Counted from the first letter of the stretch, positions 1-8,328 are shown. The stretch: DNA of 64,000 nt from an uncultured bacterium (GCA_938084905.1 CALKEQ010000004.1:132269-196268); one strand, 5' to 3'. A program made the numbers and translations. Notes: generated by a model from the sequence alone, not told the origin.

Positions 1-666
1 TTTCAGCTGTTGGATTGTGCCAAGCTCGTGTAACTCCCGAGGCGCAATACCCATTTCTTGACTGAAGAGTTTTCTTATTTCATGGGTTATGAGTCCATTG
101 TCAACTCCTAGGGGACATACCTTCGCACATCTCCTACAAAGAGTGCACCTATACGCCAGCTCTGCAAGTCTTGCAACAGTCTGCCAGTTAAGTTCTATAT
201 CCCCTACTGAGATTAAACGAGTCAGTCTTTTTTTCTTTTTCACGTATCTCTCAGTTATCCTTCTTAGGATTTCTGCCCTGAATGTTGGTCTATAGATTTC
301 CTTTTTTCCAGAGGAAAGGTAAATGGGGCAGTAATCGCTGCACAGCTGACACTTAACGCAGTACTCAAGGGAATGGTAAAATGGCATAAGAAACGTCCAA
401 TTGTCATCAGGAGAGAGGAGCTTTTCTAATCCGGAGAGGAACTTTCTTATAAGCTCGTTCTCCTCCTCTTTTGTTTCTGGCTTCTTTAATCCTACTCCAC
501 TTATTCCGTCAAGGGAGGCTTCAATTTTCTTCAACTGTTCCTCGGTAAGATCCCTTATCTCAGGTTCAAGATCTCCCTTCTCGTACGGATGGGGAAGAGG
601 CATAAAATCTTCCTTTTTTAGCTTCAAAAGAATCTCACTCTTTTTTGAAATATCCTCTATCCTCAT
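1..666 (-). CDS. dsrK: DsrK (HdrD-like Fe-S subunit of the DsrMK complex), N-terminal 222 codons; the gene runs off the left edge
   Basis: Absent from the ORF track because there is no stop in the window. My translation of the minus strand from the ATG at 666 gives MRIEDISKKSEILLKLKK...LEYCVKCQLCSDYCPIY...YRCTLCRRCAKVCPLGVDNG. It has two CxxCxxCxxxCP ferredoxin motifs typical of HdrD/DsrK. It starts 1 nt after the dsrM stop. The + ORFs 89-295 and 401-670 are antisense artefacts. Confidence 0.8.
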   Translation of the reverse strand, partial: MRIEDISKKSEILLKLKKEDFMPLPHPYEKGDLEPEIRDLTEEQLKKIEASLDGISGVGLKKPETKEEENELIRKFLSGLEKLLSPDDNWTFLMPFYHSLEYCVKCQLCSDYCPIYLSSGKKEIYRPTFRAEILRRITERYVKKKKRLTRLISVGDIELNWQTVARLAELAYRCTLCRRCAKVCPLGVDNGLITHEIRKLFSQEMGIAPRELHELGTIQQLK

Positions 667-1578
667 TTAGGGGATAAACCTCGCAACATCGCTCCAGCTA
701 CTTCCCTTCTGTACATGCGGAGCAGACCATGATATCCTTCTTTTGAGAACCTCAGTGAGCCTTTTCTCAAGTTTACTGCCCCTTATGTTAGGTTCATCGT
801 CCCATCTTATCAGGAAAAAGGCAAAAAACCTAGTAATGTAATGGAGTGAGCGGGTAAATGGAAGGTAAATGAGAAAAAAATCGAAGGCTATTATGTGTAT
901 CTTTGTCCAGAAACTAACATCTCTAAATCTTCCTGTAAGTAGGCCTACCCAGAACTCCCTGTATTCAAAAAAGTGGGGATCCGTAAAAAACCAAGAATAA
1001 AAGCCAGTGAAAAAAACGACGAATGTGAAAAAATAAGTGAAAAAATTTTGGATTGATGCGTAGTCGCGCAGGTTTCTATTTAGGATCCTGTTTAAGGCCA
1101 CAACAACGCTTCCAAAAATCCCCGCAAGAAAGCTTATAACTCCTGTAAGGAGAATAGCCAAGTAGAGAAATCTGCCTATAAATGCCTCTGAGTCGTAAGA
1201 GACTCCTATCCCTTTTACAATTGATAGGCCACCAAAGAAGCAAAGAATGTGGAAGATAATAATGAGAATAAATCCCATATGCCAGGGGTATATACCGAGC
1301 CAGTAGGGGAAATTGTTTTTCGCATAATCAAAGAGAGTGAAATAGTCTTTGAGAAGAAAGAGAAAACCTTTCAGATACCTTTTTTTCCTCGGCTTTTCGA
1401 TCCAGTTCTTTTCCTCTTCGAACTCACCCTCATCGATCACAGGATAGAGCTCCCACCTTAGATGGACTGGCATCCTCAGGTATTTTATCAGCTTCACCGT
1501 GTAGAGGAGTATAATGAAAAAATAGGCGAAATAAGTAAGTAACGCCAGAAAAGTTTCCATGTAATTTGGAAAGGGCAA
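667..1578 (-). CDS. dsrM: DsrM (NarI/HdrE-like membrane heme-b subunit)
   Basis: Polytopic membrane protein carrying the MPVHLRWELYPV motif region and conserved His in the TM helices, as in NarI-type DsrM. It lies between dsrC and dsrK. The start is ambiguous: a TTG at 1578 lies inside a hairpin arm, and ATG at 1560 (METFLALL) is the alternative. Confidence 0.8.
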   Translation of the reverse strand: MPFPNYMETFLALLTYFAYFFIILLYTVKLIKYLRMPVHLRWELYPVIDEGEFEEEKNWIEKPRKKRYLKGFLFLLKDYFTLFDYAKNNFPYWLGIYPWHMGFILIIIFHILCFFGGLSIVKGIGVSYDSEAFIGRFLYLAILLTGVISFLAGIFGSVVVALNRILNRNLRDYASIQNFFTYFFTFVVFFTGFYSWFFTDPHFFEYREFWVGLLTGRFRDVSFWTKIHIIAFDFFLIYLPFTRSLHYITRFFAFFLIRWDDEPNIRGSKLEKRLTEVLKRRISWSAPHVQKGSSWSDVARFIP

Positions 1579-1591
1579 ATCTTTTTTGCCC
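1573..1591 (-). promoter_or_regulatory. Stem-loop between dsrC and dsrM (possible partial terminator or processing site)
   Basis: The minus strand reads GGGCAAA-AAAGA-TTTGCCC, a 7-bp perfect stem, followed only by TTTCC. It lies 7 nt after the dsrC stop. Confidence 0.3.
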
Positions 1592-1597
1592 TAAAAG

Positions 1598-1915
1598 TTA
1601 CACACAGCCCGTTGGTTTTGGCAGTCCCGCGATCTTACATGCTCCTTTTGCTGGGCCTGATGGAAAAAGCTCGTAGATCTTTTTTAGGTCAAAGCCAGTC
1701 TGCTTACAAAGCATTCTGATGGGTGGTGCTATTTCGTATTTAAGATAATAGTCCCTTAAGTAGTTCACAACCTTCCAATGTTCCTCCGTCATTGGATAGG
1801 CGTTCTCAATTTTTGCCAGGTCCTCTGCCACCTCCTTGTTCCACTTTTCAGGCTCTTGAATGAAACCATCCTCATCAACTTCAATTTCGATCCCACCTAA
1901 GATCGCCTTTGGCAT
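1598..1915 (-). CDS. dsrC: DsrC (sulfur-carrier / trisulfide-forming partner of DsrAB)
   Basis: 105 aa ending in the diagnostic C-terminal arm ...GACKIAGLPKPTGCV with both conserved Cys. A strong SD (GGAGGAGGGAG) lies upstream. Confidence 0.95.
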   Translation of the reverse strand: MPKAILGGIEIEVDEDGFIQEPEKWNKEVAEDLAKIENAYPMTEEHWKVVNYLRDYYLKYEIAPPIRMLCKQTGFDLKKIYELFPSGPAKGACKIAGLPKPTGCV

Positions 1916-1926
1916 ACTCCCTCCTC

Positions 1927-2070
1927 CTATTTGATAAAATTTTTTCGGTTTTCATCAGAACAAAAGAAGTACTCAACACCCTCAAAGGTGGAAGTGGCCC
2001 AAGGAGCACCTCTCACAGCACCGTAAAGCTTTGCAACTTCTGACCCAACCTCTATTTCCATCCCGCACAC
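1927..2070 (-). CDS. Small YHS/TRASH-like metal-binding-domain protein (below the ORF-track size cut-off); start uncertain
   Basis: My translation gives (RRKTVK)CPVCGMEIEVGSEVAKLYGAVRGAPWATSTFEGVEYFFCSDENRKNFIK*. The CPVCGM...YFFCS...F pattern resembles the YHS domain. Candidate starts are GTG 2070 and ATG 2061. The frame is open back to the dsrN TAA at 2095-2097. Confidence 0.5.
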   Translation of the reverse strand: MCGMEIEVGSEVAKLYGAVRGAPWATSTFEGVEYFFCSDENRKNFIK

Positions 2071-2094
2071 AGGGCACTTAACGGTCTTTCTTCT

Positions 2095-3513
2095 TTAGTT
2101 ATGCCTTGCCTCCTCAAAAGTATAATTACACTCGTTCTTCTCTTTCAACTCTCGACATAGACGGACGAACCTCTCAGCCCAGGATGGAACGCCGAGAGCA
2201 TGAATGTGCATATAAGAGGCAAACATGTTTTTGTATAAAATTCCATCATTTATTCCATCTCCCCCCTTCCCCCTTTCCATCCTAAGTGTAAAAAGGACCT
2301 TGTCTTTAAGTTTCAAAGTTGAATAGTGGAACTCGTGGCCTTTTATCCTTTCCCACAAGTTATAGTAAGGGTTTTCTTCCACAACCTTTGCCTCAACGTA
2401 TCCATGACCCTGCGGTTTTTTTGTCAGGAGAACTTGAGCAGGGATAAGACCGACCATTTTGAAATTATAACCATCAAAGAATACGTGATCACAAAGGTAC
2501 ATGAGACCGCCGCACTCAGCGTACACGGGTTTTCCATCTTCCACAAACTGTGCAACTTCATCCATCAGTTCCCTATTGGATGTAAGCTCCTTGAGGTGAA
2601 GCTCAGGAAAACCACCACCTATATAAAGCCCATCAACTTCAGGGATCTTTCTTTCGGCAGTCGAATTTATGAAGACAAGATCGGCCCCCTCGCGAATCAG
2701 TGCCTCCAAATTTTCAGGGTAGTAAAAATTAAAAATATGGTCGTAAAAAACACCGATCTTTACCCGACTTTCTTTTACAACTTTTTCCCCCTTGTCCTTA
2801 AAGACAAGCTCTTGTGCCTGCTTCCCCAAATCTACTACCCCTTCCACATCAACGTGCCTTTCAATGAAAGAGGCGATCCTTTCAAGAAGCAACCGATTCT
2901 TCCTTTCCTCTCCGAAAGGAATGAGCCCTAGATGTCTTTCAGCTATTAATAAGCTCTCCTCCTTAGGAACTACTCCAAGAACAGGTATATTTACGTTTTT
3001 TTCAATTGCTTGGATTAGTTTTAGCGCATGCCTCTCTCCTGAAACCCTATTCAGTATTACCGCAGAAATCATCGTTTCAGGTTCAAAATCCATGTAACCC
3101 TTAACAAGTGCAGCAATACTCCTCGTAATTTTTTCCGTGTTAACTACAAGAACAACTGGGGTTTTAAGGAGCCTAGATAAGTGGGCAGAACTACCAAATC
3201 CATTTTCTTCTAGACCGTCATACAATCCCATGTTTCCTTCAATTAGTGCAAAATCGGAACCGGCTGAGCAGTGAACAAAGTGCTCAAGGACTTTCTCAGT
3301 TCCCATAAGGTAAAGATCGAGATTTCTACATGGACGACCACTCGCAGCTGAAAGCCAGGAAGGATCTACGTAGTCTGGCCCTTTTTTGAAGGTCTGGAGT
3401 TTGTAACCTCTTTCCCTCAGTATCCTGGATATTCCGCAACTTATGACCGTTTTTCCAGAATGACCAAAAGGAGAACCGAGAAGAACCCTCGGCGGAGCTT
3501 TTTTCAATCTCAT
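2095..3513 (-). CDS. dsrN: DsrN (cobyrinic acid a,c-diamide synthase family; proposed siroheme amidase)
   Basis: 472 aa. It has an N-terminal P-loop (GSPFGHSGKTV) and a C-terminal glutamine amidotransferase domain (YAECGGLMYL, HEFHYS), matching the CbiA/CobB architecture. It sits inside the dsr locus. Confidence 0.85.
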   Translation of the reverse strand: MRLKKAPPRVLLGSPFGHSGKTVISCGISRILRERGYKLQTFKKGPDYVDPSWLSAASGRPCRNLDLYLMGTEKVLEHFVHCSAGSDFALIEGNMGLYDGLEENGFGSSAHLSRLLKTPVVLVVNTEKITRSIAALVKGYMDFEPETMISAVILNRVSGERHALKLIQAIEKNVNIPVLGVVPKEESLLIAERHLGLIPFGEERKNRLLLERIASFIERHVDVEGVVDLGKQAQELVFKDKGEKVVKESRVKIGVFYDHIFNFYYPENLEALIREGADLVFINSTAERKIPEVDGLYIGGGFPELHLKELTSNRELMDEVAQFVEDGKPVYAECGGLMYLCDHVFFDGYNFKMVGLIPAQVLLTKKPQGHGYVEAKVVEENPYYNLWERIKGHEFHYSTLKLKDKVLFTLRMERGKGGDGINDGILYKNMFASYMHIHALGVPSWAERFVRLCRELKEKNECNYTFEEARHN

Positions 3514-3517
3514 AGGT

Positions 3518-3721
3518 TCAGGTACTATCCTTCAGTTTTACAAATGAGGCTCCTAGGTAAATGTACTCTACTTTACCCTCCTTGCTCAATTCGGCAATCG
3601 CCTTGTCTACGATGTGTTTTTCCTCCCCGATGGCCCTTGCAACATCTTTGTTTTTTGCCTTGCTTACGGTCTTTAAATAATCTAAGATTTTCTTTTTTAG
3701 CTCCTCCGTCACTTCACCCAT
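3518..3721 (-). CDS. dsrD: DsrD (small winged-helix protein of dsr operons)
   Basis: 67 aa and Lys-rich, lying immediately downstream of dsrB. The pattern KKKILDYL...K..V.KAIAELSKEGKVEY parallels the DsrD fold pattern. Confidence 0.7.
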   Translation of the reverse strand: MGEVTEELKKKILDYLKTVSKAKNKDVARAIGEEKHIVDKAIAELSKEGKVEYIYLGASFVKLKDST

Positions 3722-3730
3722 AGAGACCCC

Positions 3731-4795
3731 CTACCATTTGAACTGTGTCGTCGTTCTGAACGTTTCAACGGCATGAGTGAAATCGTCAATGTGGTGCTCT
3801 GTAAATGGAATACCTGTTAGTTTGAAGAATTTCTCCCAGCCTATCCTCTCTATCCATTCTCCCATTCTTTCATGCTTCCTTGCATTTTTGGCGTAAACTT
3901 CAAGAACCCTTTTTATCACATCCACAACCTCAGGCCATCTGGGCGGGTTGTTTGGAAGATAAGGTACTATCATTCTGGAAAACATTGGAGGTTTACGCGC
4001 ATTCGAAACCTTTCCTCCAGCGTATATGGCTACACCGTCCCCTTCCGGATCTGCCAAAGGCATGGCAGGACAAACGGTGAAGCAGTTCCCACAATACATG
4101 CACAGGTCTTCCCTTACGATCACACTTTTTATGTTTGGATCTGGATGCCTTCTTATTGCTCCTGTGGGACAGGACTGGATTGTTGTTGGTATTTCACACA
4201 GGGCCGAAACTTTCTCATGATCTATTTTTGGAGGCTTGGTGTGTACTCCAACTACGGCAAGATCGGAGCAGTGAACTGCGCCACACATATTTATGCAACA
4301 TGCGACTGCTATTCTTACGTACGCGGGAAGGGTCATTGAGACAAAGTAGTCGTAAAGCTCATCCATTATAGCTTTCACAATTCCGGAGGCGTCAGTTGCC
4401 GCACTGTGGCAATGTATCCAACCCTGTGTATGGACTACGTTAGTGACACAGTTTCCCGTCCCACCAACTGGCAGACCGAGTTTTTGAACTTCTTCTATTA
4501 TACGATCCACATTCTCCTTCTTATCCGTTAAAAATTCTATGTTGTACCTGCTTGTGAAACGAAGGTGACCATCACAGTACTTGTCCGCTATCTCGCATAT
4601 GTCCCTTATAAAATCGACGCTTACAAGTCTCGGAGATCCTACCCTAACGGAGTAAAGTTCCTCCCCATTTTCTGCCACGTGTTTCAGAACACCAGGTCTT
4701 ATTATCTCATGATACTTCCACTTTCCGTAGTTTCTCTTTATAATTTCAGGAAGCATGTCCCTATAGTTTGGTGGACCTATATCAGTCCTTGCCAT
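3731..4795 (-). CDS. dsrB: Dissimilatory sulfite reductase beta subunit
   Basis: 354 aa. Motifs seen: [31 protein letters not shown], and the ferredoxin insert CPTGAI...[12 protein letters not shown]. Confidence 0.95.
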   Translation of the reverse strand: MARTDIGPPNYRDMLPEIIKRNYGKWKYHEIIRPGVLKHVAENGEELYSVRVGSPRLVSVDFIRDICEIADKYCDGHLRFTSRYNIEFLTDKKENVDRIIEEVQKLGLPVGGTGNCVTNVVHTQGWIHCHSAATDASGIVKAIMDELYDYFVSMTLPAYVRIAVACCINMCGAVHCSDLAVVGVHTKPPKIDHEKVSALCEIPTTIQSCPTGAIRRHPDPNIKSVIVREDLCMYCGNCFTVCPAMPLADPEGDGVAIYAGGKVSNARKPPMFSRMIVPYLPNNPPRWPEVVDVIKRVLEVYAKNARKHERMGEWIERIGWEKFFKLTGIPFTEHHIDDFTHAVETFRTTTQFKW

Positions 4796-4797
4796 TT

Positions 4798-5964
4798 TTA
4801 CCTCCTTAAAAATACGTACGGGTTCGATCTGGGTCTATAAACTATCTGGGGTACGGCGGGAAGACCAATGTCCCTCAGAAACTGTTTAAGTCCAAGCCTC
4901 TCTATCAGTTCTGCAAGCCTTTCTCTAGTCCTTCCATTCTCATCCCACCAATCCCATATCTTTCTCAATAGCTCCTTAACTTCCATATATGGCGGCTCCA
5001 TCTTCATGAAGGGTACTATGACCCAGGAAAGGTAAGCTCCCTTTACTATTGGAGCTTTACCCCCAACGAGTATTGTGGCACCTCTATCCAGACCAGGTCT
5101 TAGGGCTTTTGGCATTTTGTTTATACAGTGCATGCATCTTGTGCAGTCCTCTGCGACAAAGTTAAGAACCCCTTTTTCCCTATCCCAGCTTATGGCCTCA
5201 GTAGGGCATTTTTTTACAACGCTCTCTATATCGAAACCTTTTTCCACATAGTCCCTTACTGCCTCCTGGTCGATCCTTATTGAATCTCTCCAGGTTCCGA
5301 TTACCGTAAAATCTGCCCGGGCAATTGCGGCAACGCAGTCATTGGGACAACCTGAGATCTTTATCTTAAACTTGTAAGGCCACCTCGGTCTGTGGATCTC
5401 ATCCTGAAACTCCATGGTCAGATTGTACGTTATGTCCAAGGTGTCGATCATGGCCCATTCGCACCTTGCCGGACCTACGCATCCCGAGATGGTTCGGAGT
5501 GCAGATCCAGATCCACCAAGGTCAAAACCCGCTTCCGTAAGCTCATCAAAACATGGTTGTAGATTTTCTGTCTTTGTTCCAAGGAGTATGATATCTCCGG
5601 TTGAGCCGTGAAAATTGGTCATTCCACTCCCGTACTTCTCCCATATATCGCATATCTTCCTTAATGCATCCGTTTTGTAAAACCAACCGGCGGGAGGGTT
5701 AACTCTCAGTGTGTGGAACATGGCAACTTCAGGGAATTTTTCAGGCTGGTCGCAGTATCTCCCAATCACTCCTCCACCGTAACCCGTAACACCGACTATT
5801 CCACCGTGTTTCCAGTGTGTTATTTTGTCCTTGTAAGAAAGTTCTTGAACTTTGAGTAAATCAAGTGCAGCTTTGTTCTTTTTTGCGGCTCTCTTTATCT
5901 CCTTAACAAAACTTGGCCATCTACCCTTTTCCAGTTCGTCAAGTAGAGGGGTCTCCCCTTCCAT
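4798..5964 (-). CDS. dsrA: Dissimilatory sulfite reductase alpha subunit
   Basis: Siroheme/Fe-S motifs CVGPARC and SGCPNDC, plus the ferredoxin insert CPTEAI...[10 protein letters not shown] place the start at ATG 5964 ([20 protein letters not shown]), which is preceded by GAGGAGGTGG. The track's longer ORF to 6027 would contain the promoter. Confidence 0.93.
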   Translation of the reverse strand: MEGETPLLDELEKGRWPSFVKEIKRAAKKNKAALDLLKVQELSYKDKITHWKHGGIVGVTGYGGGVIGRYCDQPEKFPEVAMFHTLRVNPPAGWFYKTDALRKICDIWEKYGSGMTNFHGSTGDIILLGTKTENLQPCFDELTEAGFDLGGSGSALRTISGCVGPARCEWAMIDTLDITYNLTMEFQDEIHRPRWPYKFKIKISGCPNDCVAAIARADFTVIGTWRDSIRIDQEAVRDYVEKGFDIESVVKKCPTEAISWDREKGVLNFVAEDCTRCMHCINKMPKALRPGLDRGATILVGGKAPIVKGAYLSWVIVPFMKMEPPYMEVKELLRKIWDWWDENGRTRERLAELIERLGLKQFLRDIGLPAVPQIVYRPRSNPYVFLRR

Positions 5965-5998
5965 AAGCCACCTCCTCGCACTTTTTGTGCCTTCTGAG

Positions 5999-6027
5999 CT
6001 TATATCAGCTGGTAATCCCCTTGTCAA
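5999..6027 (-). promoter_or_regulatory. Sigma70-type promoter of the dsr operon
   Basis: The minus strand reads TTGACA (6027-6022), a 17-nt spacer, then TATAAG (6004-5999). It lies about 35 nt upstream of the dsrA ATG and SD. Confidence 0.55.
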
Positions 6028-6055
6028 GGAAAATTTAGGCTGCTAATATTTTTCT

Positions 6056-6961
6056 GTGCATAGAGTAATCGGTCTAAAAGTAGATGTTGATACATTTTAC
6101 GGAATGAAGTACGGTGTCCCGAAAATATCATCAATACTCGACGATTACAACTTGAAGGCAACTTTCTTCATCCCTATGGGAAAAGACAGAACTGGCAGAA
6201 CCGTAAAAAGGGTTTTCACAAGAAGGGGTTTTCTGGCAAAAGCGAGAAGGATCGGTGTTTTAAAAACTTACGGTATAAAAAATCTGCTTTTTGGTCTGAT
6301 CTTGCCAGGTCCTTATATCGCTGAGAAAAACTTGGAGGTCTTAATTGGGATATCGAAAAAACATGAGATTGGAATTCACGGTTATGATCACGTATTCTGG
6401 CATGATAAGATCAGAAGAATGAATTACGGTGAGACGAAAAGGGAGCTTGAGATGGCTATCCTTAAGTACAAAAAACTTATGGGCCATGAGCCCAGATCCT
6501 TTGCTTCACCTGGCTGGGTTACAAATGTTCATGCTTTAAAGATACTAAAGGAAAAAAACTTCCTTTACTCTAGTGATGTGAGAGGCCATTACCCCTTTTA
6601 CCCTGTAATGGAAGGAGAATCGATCCCGCTTATTCAGATTCCTACCACTCTTCCCACACTCGATGAGGTGATAGGCTTACATGGAAACGACCATTACACA
6701 CTTCTTAAGTACTACGAACGCCTCCTTACCGATTCTATCAACGTTATGACCATTCACGCAGAAATTGAGGGGAAAAACTGGTCAGATTTTCTCAAAGTCT
6801 TCATAGAGAAAACCCTATCTATGGGATATGAGTTTAAAGCTCTGATCGAAATAGCAGATGGAGTTATGGGAGAAAATCTACCGAGCGCAAAAATATCTTT
6901 TGGACACATAGAAGGTAGAGCAGGGGAAGTCTGTATTCAGAAATTTGATTCGGTATCTTGA
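6056..6961 (+). CDS. Polysaccharide deacetylase family protein, ArnD-like (4-deoxy-4-formamido-L-arabinose-phosphoundecaprenol deformylase-like)
   Basis: 301 aa with a GTG start. GLKVDVDTF.G...GVP, HGYDH..W, IPTTLPTLDEVIG and TIHAEIEG line up with my recollection of E. coli ArnD (RIDVDTFRG, HAWDH, IPVTLPTWDEVIG, TIHAEVEG). Confidence 0.7.
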   Translation: MHRVIGLKVDVDTFYGMKYGVPKISSILDDYNLKATFFIPMGKDRTGRTVKRVFTRRGFLAKARRIGVLKTYGIKNLLFGLILPGPYIAEKNLEVLIGISKKHEIGIHGYDHVFWHDKIRRMNYGETKRELEMAILKYKKLMGHEPRSFASPGWVTNVHALKILKEKNFLYSSDVRGHYPFYPVMEGESIPLIQIPTTLPTLDEVIGLHGNDHYTLLKYYERLLTDSINVMTIHAEIEGKNWSDFLKVFIEKTLSMGYEFKALIEIADGVMGENLPSAKISFGHIEGRAGEVCIQKFDSVS

Positions 6962-7049
6962 ATGAGCTCTCCAGGACCCTCCTACTTGAAAGAGAAAGGA
7001 AGTCTGCTTATACTAATTTTCAGGTTTTTGGCTTCGGGGGTGAAAGTGG

Positions 7050-8108
7050 ATGGAGCAAAAGGAGTGCGAGTCTTTAAACAGGGAGAGACGACCAGAGTAT
7101 ATTGGATGGATCCTAACAAAGAAATGTAACCTTTCTTGTCCTCACTGTTACGTGGCTAAGTTCTCTGATGAGGAGCTCACAGGGGAACAAAGAATAAGCC
7201 TTATCGAAGACGCTTACAGGGCAGGATTGAGAAAACTTGATCTGACAGGTGGAGAGGTTCTCCTTTTTTCCGAAAACCTCCTGCTTATAGACTACATCTG
7301 TTCTTTAGGTATCGAGCTTACACTATTCACAAATGGAACTACCCTGGATGAAAATAAGGCTAAGTTTCTTTCCCGCTATCCACTTCGAGTCGTCATGAGC
7401 CTTGACGGCTCGAGAAATGAGACTCACAAGAGGATAAGAGGAGAAGGCTCATGGGAAAAGGCTCTAAAAGCAGCATCCCTTCTTTGGGAAAAGAGGATCC
7501 CTTTTTCAACAATTACAGCCATAAATGATTCCAATTTTTCCGAAATTGAGGATCAGATCCTTCTCGCGAAGAGACTTAAAGCAGAAGAGGCGGTATTCAT
7601 CTTGACGATGCCTGCTGGCCGGGCAAGTAAGGATATGGTCATAGATCAAAAGAGTATAGTTGGGCTTCTAAAAAGGATAAGTAGTACTGCTCATAACCTT
7701 AAATTCCCAGTGTCACTCTGGTGCATGCCCTTTGCTGATTTATGGGTCGATTCCCCATACGTTTCCGTAGAGCACTGCCGTAGTCAGAAGCCTGAAATAA
7801 TAGACTTAGACCCTTTAGGAAATCTTATGCTATGTGATGTCTCAAATGTTCGTTACTCTAATGTTCTAAAAAAAGGAATATTGGCTGCTTTAAGAGAACA
7901 GAGCCGAGATCCTCTTTATCTCTCCCTTTTTAATCCTAAACTGAGTGAACCATGCTCCCAATGTATAAACAGGCAAAAATGTAAAGGTGGATGTTATGCA
8001 AGGGCTGAGATTTACGGCAACATACTTGGACCTGATCCTTTCTGTCCTTCAGTCGCCGAGTATATGGAGGATCTTACGAAAGGAGAATTTGTTCAAAAAA
8101 TCACATAA
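7050..8108 (+). CDS. Radical SAM protein with C-terminal SPASM domain
   Basis: Has the CNLSCPHCY (CxxxCxxC) cluster motif and the C-terminal Cys-rich region CSQCINRQKCKGGCYARAE...DPFCP. SD GGGGGTGA lies upstream. Confidence 0.8.
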   Translation: MEQKECESLNRERRPEYIGWILTKKCNLSCPHCYVAKFSDEELTGEQRISLIEDAYRAGLRKLDLTGGEVLLFSENLLLIDYICSLGIELTLFTNGTTLDENKAKFLSRYPLRVVMSLDGSRNETHKRIRGEGSWEKALKAASLLWEKRIPFSTITAINDSNFSEIEDQILLAKRLKAEEAVFILTMPAGRASKDMVIDQKSIVGLLKRISSTAHNLKFPVSLWCMPFADLWVDSPYVSVEHCRSQKPEIIDLDPLGNLMLCDVSNVRYSNVLKKGILAALREQSRDPLYLSLFNPKLSEPCSQCINRQKCKGGCYARAEIYGNILGPDPFCPSVAEYMEDLTKGEFVQKIT

Positions 8109-8153
8109 AAAGGGCTTTTGCTTGCCAAAACAGAATTTTTTTTGAAAAAGTAC

Positions 8154-8182
8154 TTGACAAGAGACTGAAAAAATATTATCAT
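8154..8182 (+). promoter_or_regulatory. Sigma70-type promoter
   Basis: TTGACA (8154-8159), a 17-nt spacer, then TATCAT (8177-8182), in the 220-nt gap before tolQ/exbB. Confidence 0.5.
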
Positions 8183-8188
8183 AACATC

Positions 8189-8295
8189 AAAGATTGTGTT
8201 GAAATTCACAAGAGATTAGCTAAGCCAATCACCTCCACCTAAACTTCTCATAATAACCCCCCTTCCCCCTGGGAGTTACCCAGGGGGTTTTATTT
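8189..8295 (+). ncRNA. Candidate ~105-nt small RNA, or terminator-containing leader of the tolQ/exbB operon
   Basis: Bounded by the promoter above and an intrinsic terminator. It has two small stem-loops (8194-8211, 8214-8230), then a predicted unpaired CACCUCC (8230-8236), then the terminator. I recognise no known Rfam family. Confidence 0.3.
8265..8295 (+). terminator. Rho-independent terminator
   Basis: CCCCCTGGG-AGTTA-CCCAGGGGG, a perfect 9-bp GC-rich stem, followed by TTTTATTT. Confidence 0.7.
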
Positions 8296-8328
8296 GAAAT
8301 GAGCCAGCCTATGTTGTATATTTAGGCT

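Noticed and set aside
89-670. Plus-strand ORFs 89-295 and 401-670 at the left edge.
   Set aside because: They are antisense to the partial dsrK reading frame, which has clear Fe-S motifs. Their translations are low-complexity.
2326-3097. 201-aa and 101-aa + strand ORFs inside dsrN, with similar cases at 3872-4371, 13891-14415, 17904-18341, 19676-20293 and 35303-35692.
   Set aside because: All are shadow ORFs opposite strongly supported genes, with no recognisable motifs and biased composition.
5965-6027. A longer dsrA ORF starting at 6027.
   Set aside because: It would include the -35 and -10 promoter elements. The strong SD and the conserved [12 protein letters not shown]-terminus support 5964.
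8109-8150. TTTTG-CTTGC-CAAAA followed by a T8 run after the radical-SAM gene, as a terminator.
   Set aside because: The stem is only 5 AT-rich bp. It is mentioned as context for the sRNA hypothesis but is not strong enough to annotate.
8183-8300. The promoter-terminator unit as a tRNA, a cobalamin riboswitch or another known TonB-associated riboswitch.
   Set aside because: There is no cloverleaf or T-loop GTTCGA motif, no B12-box-like sequence, and it is too short for a cobalamin element. It is kept only as an unclassified RNA candidate.
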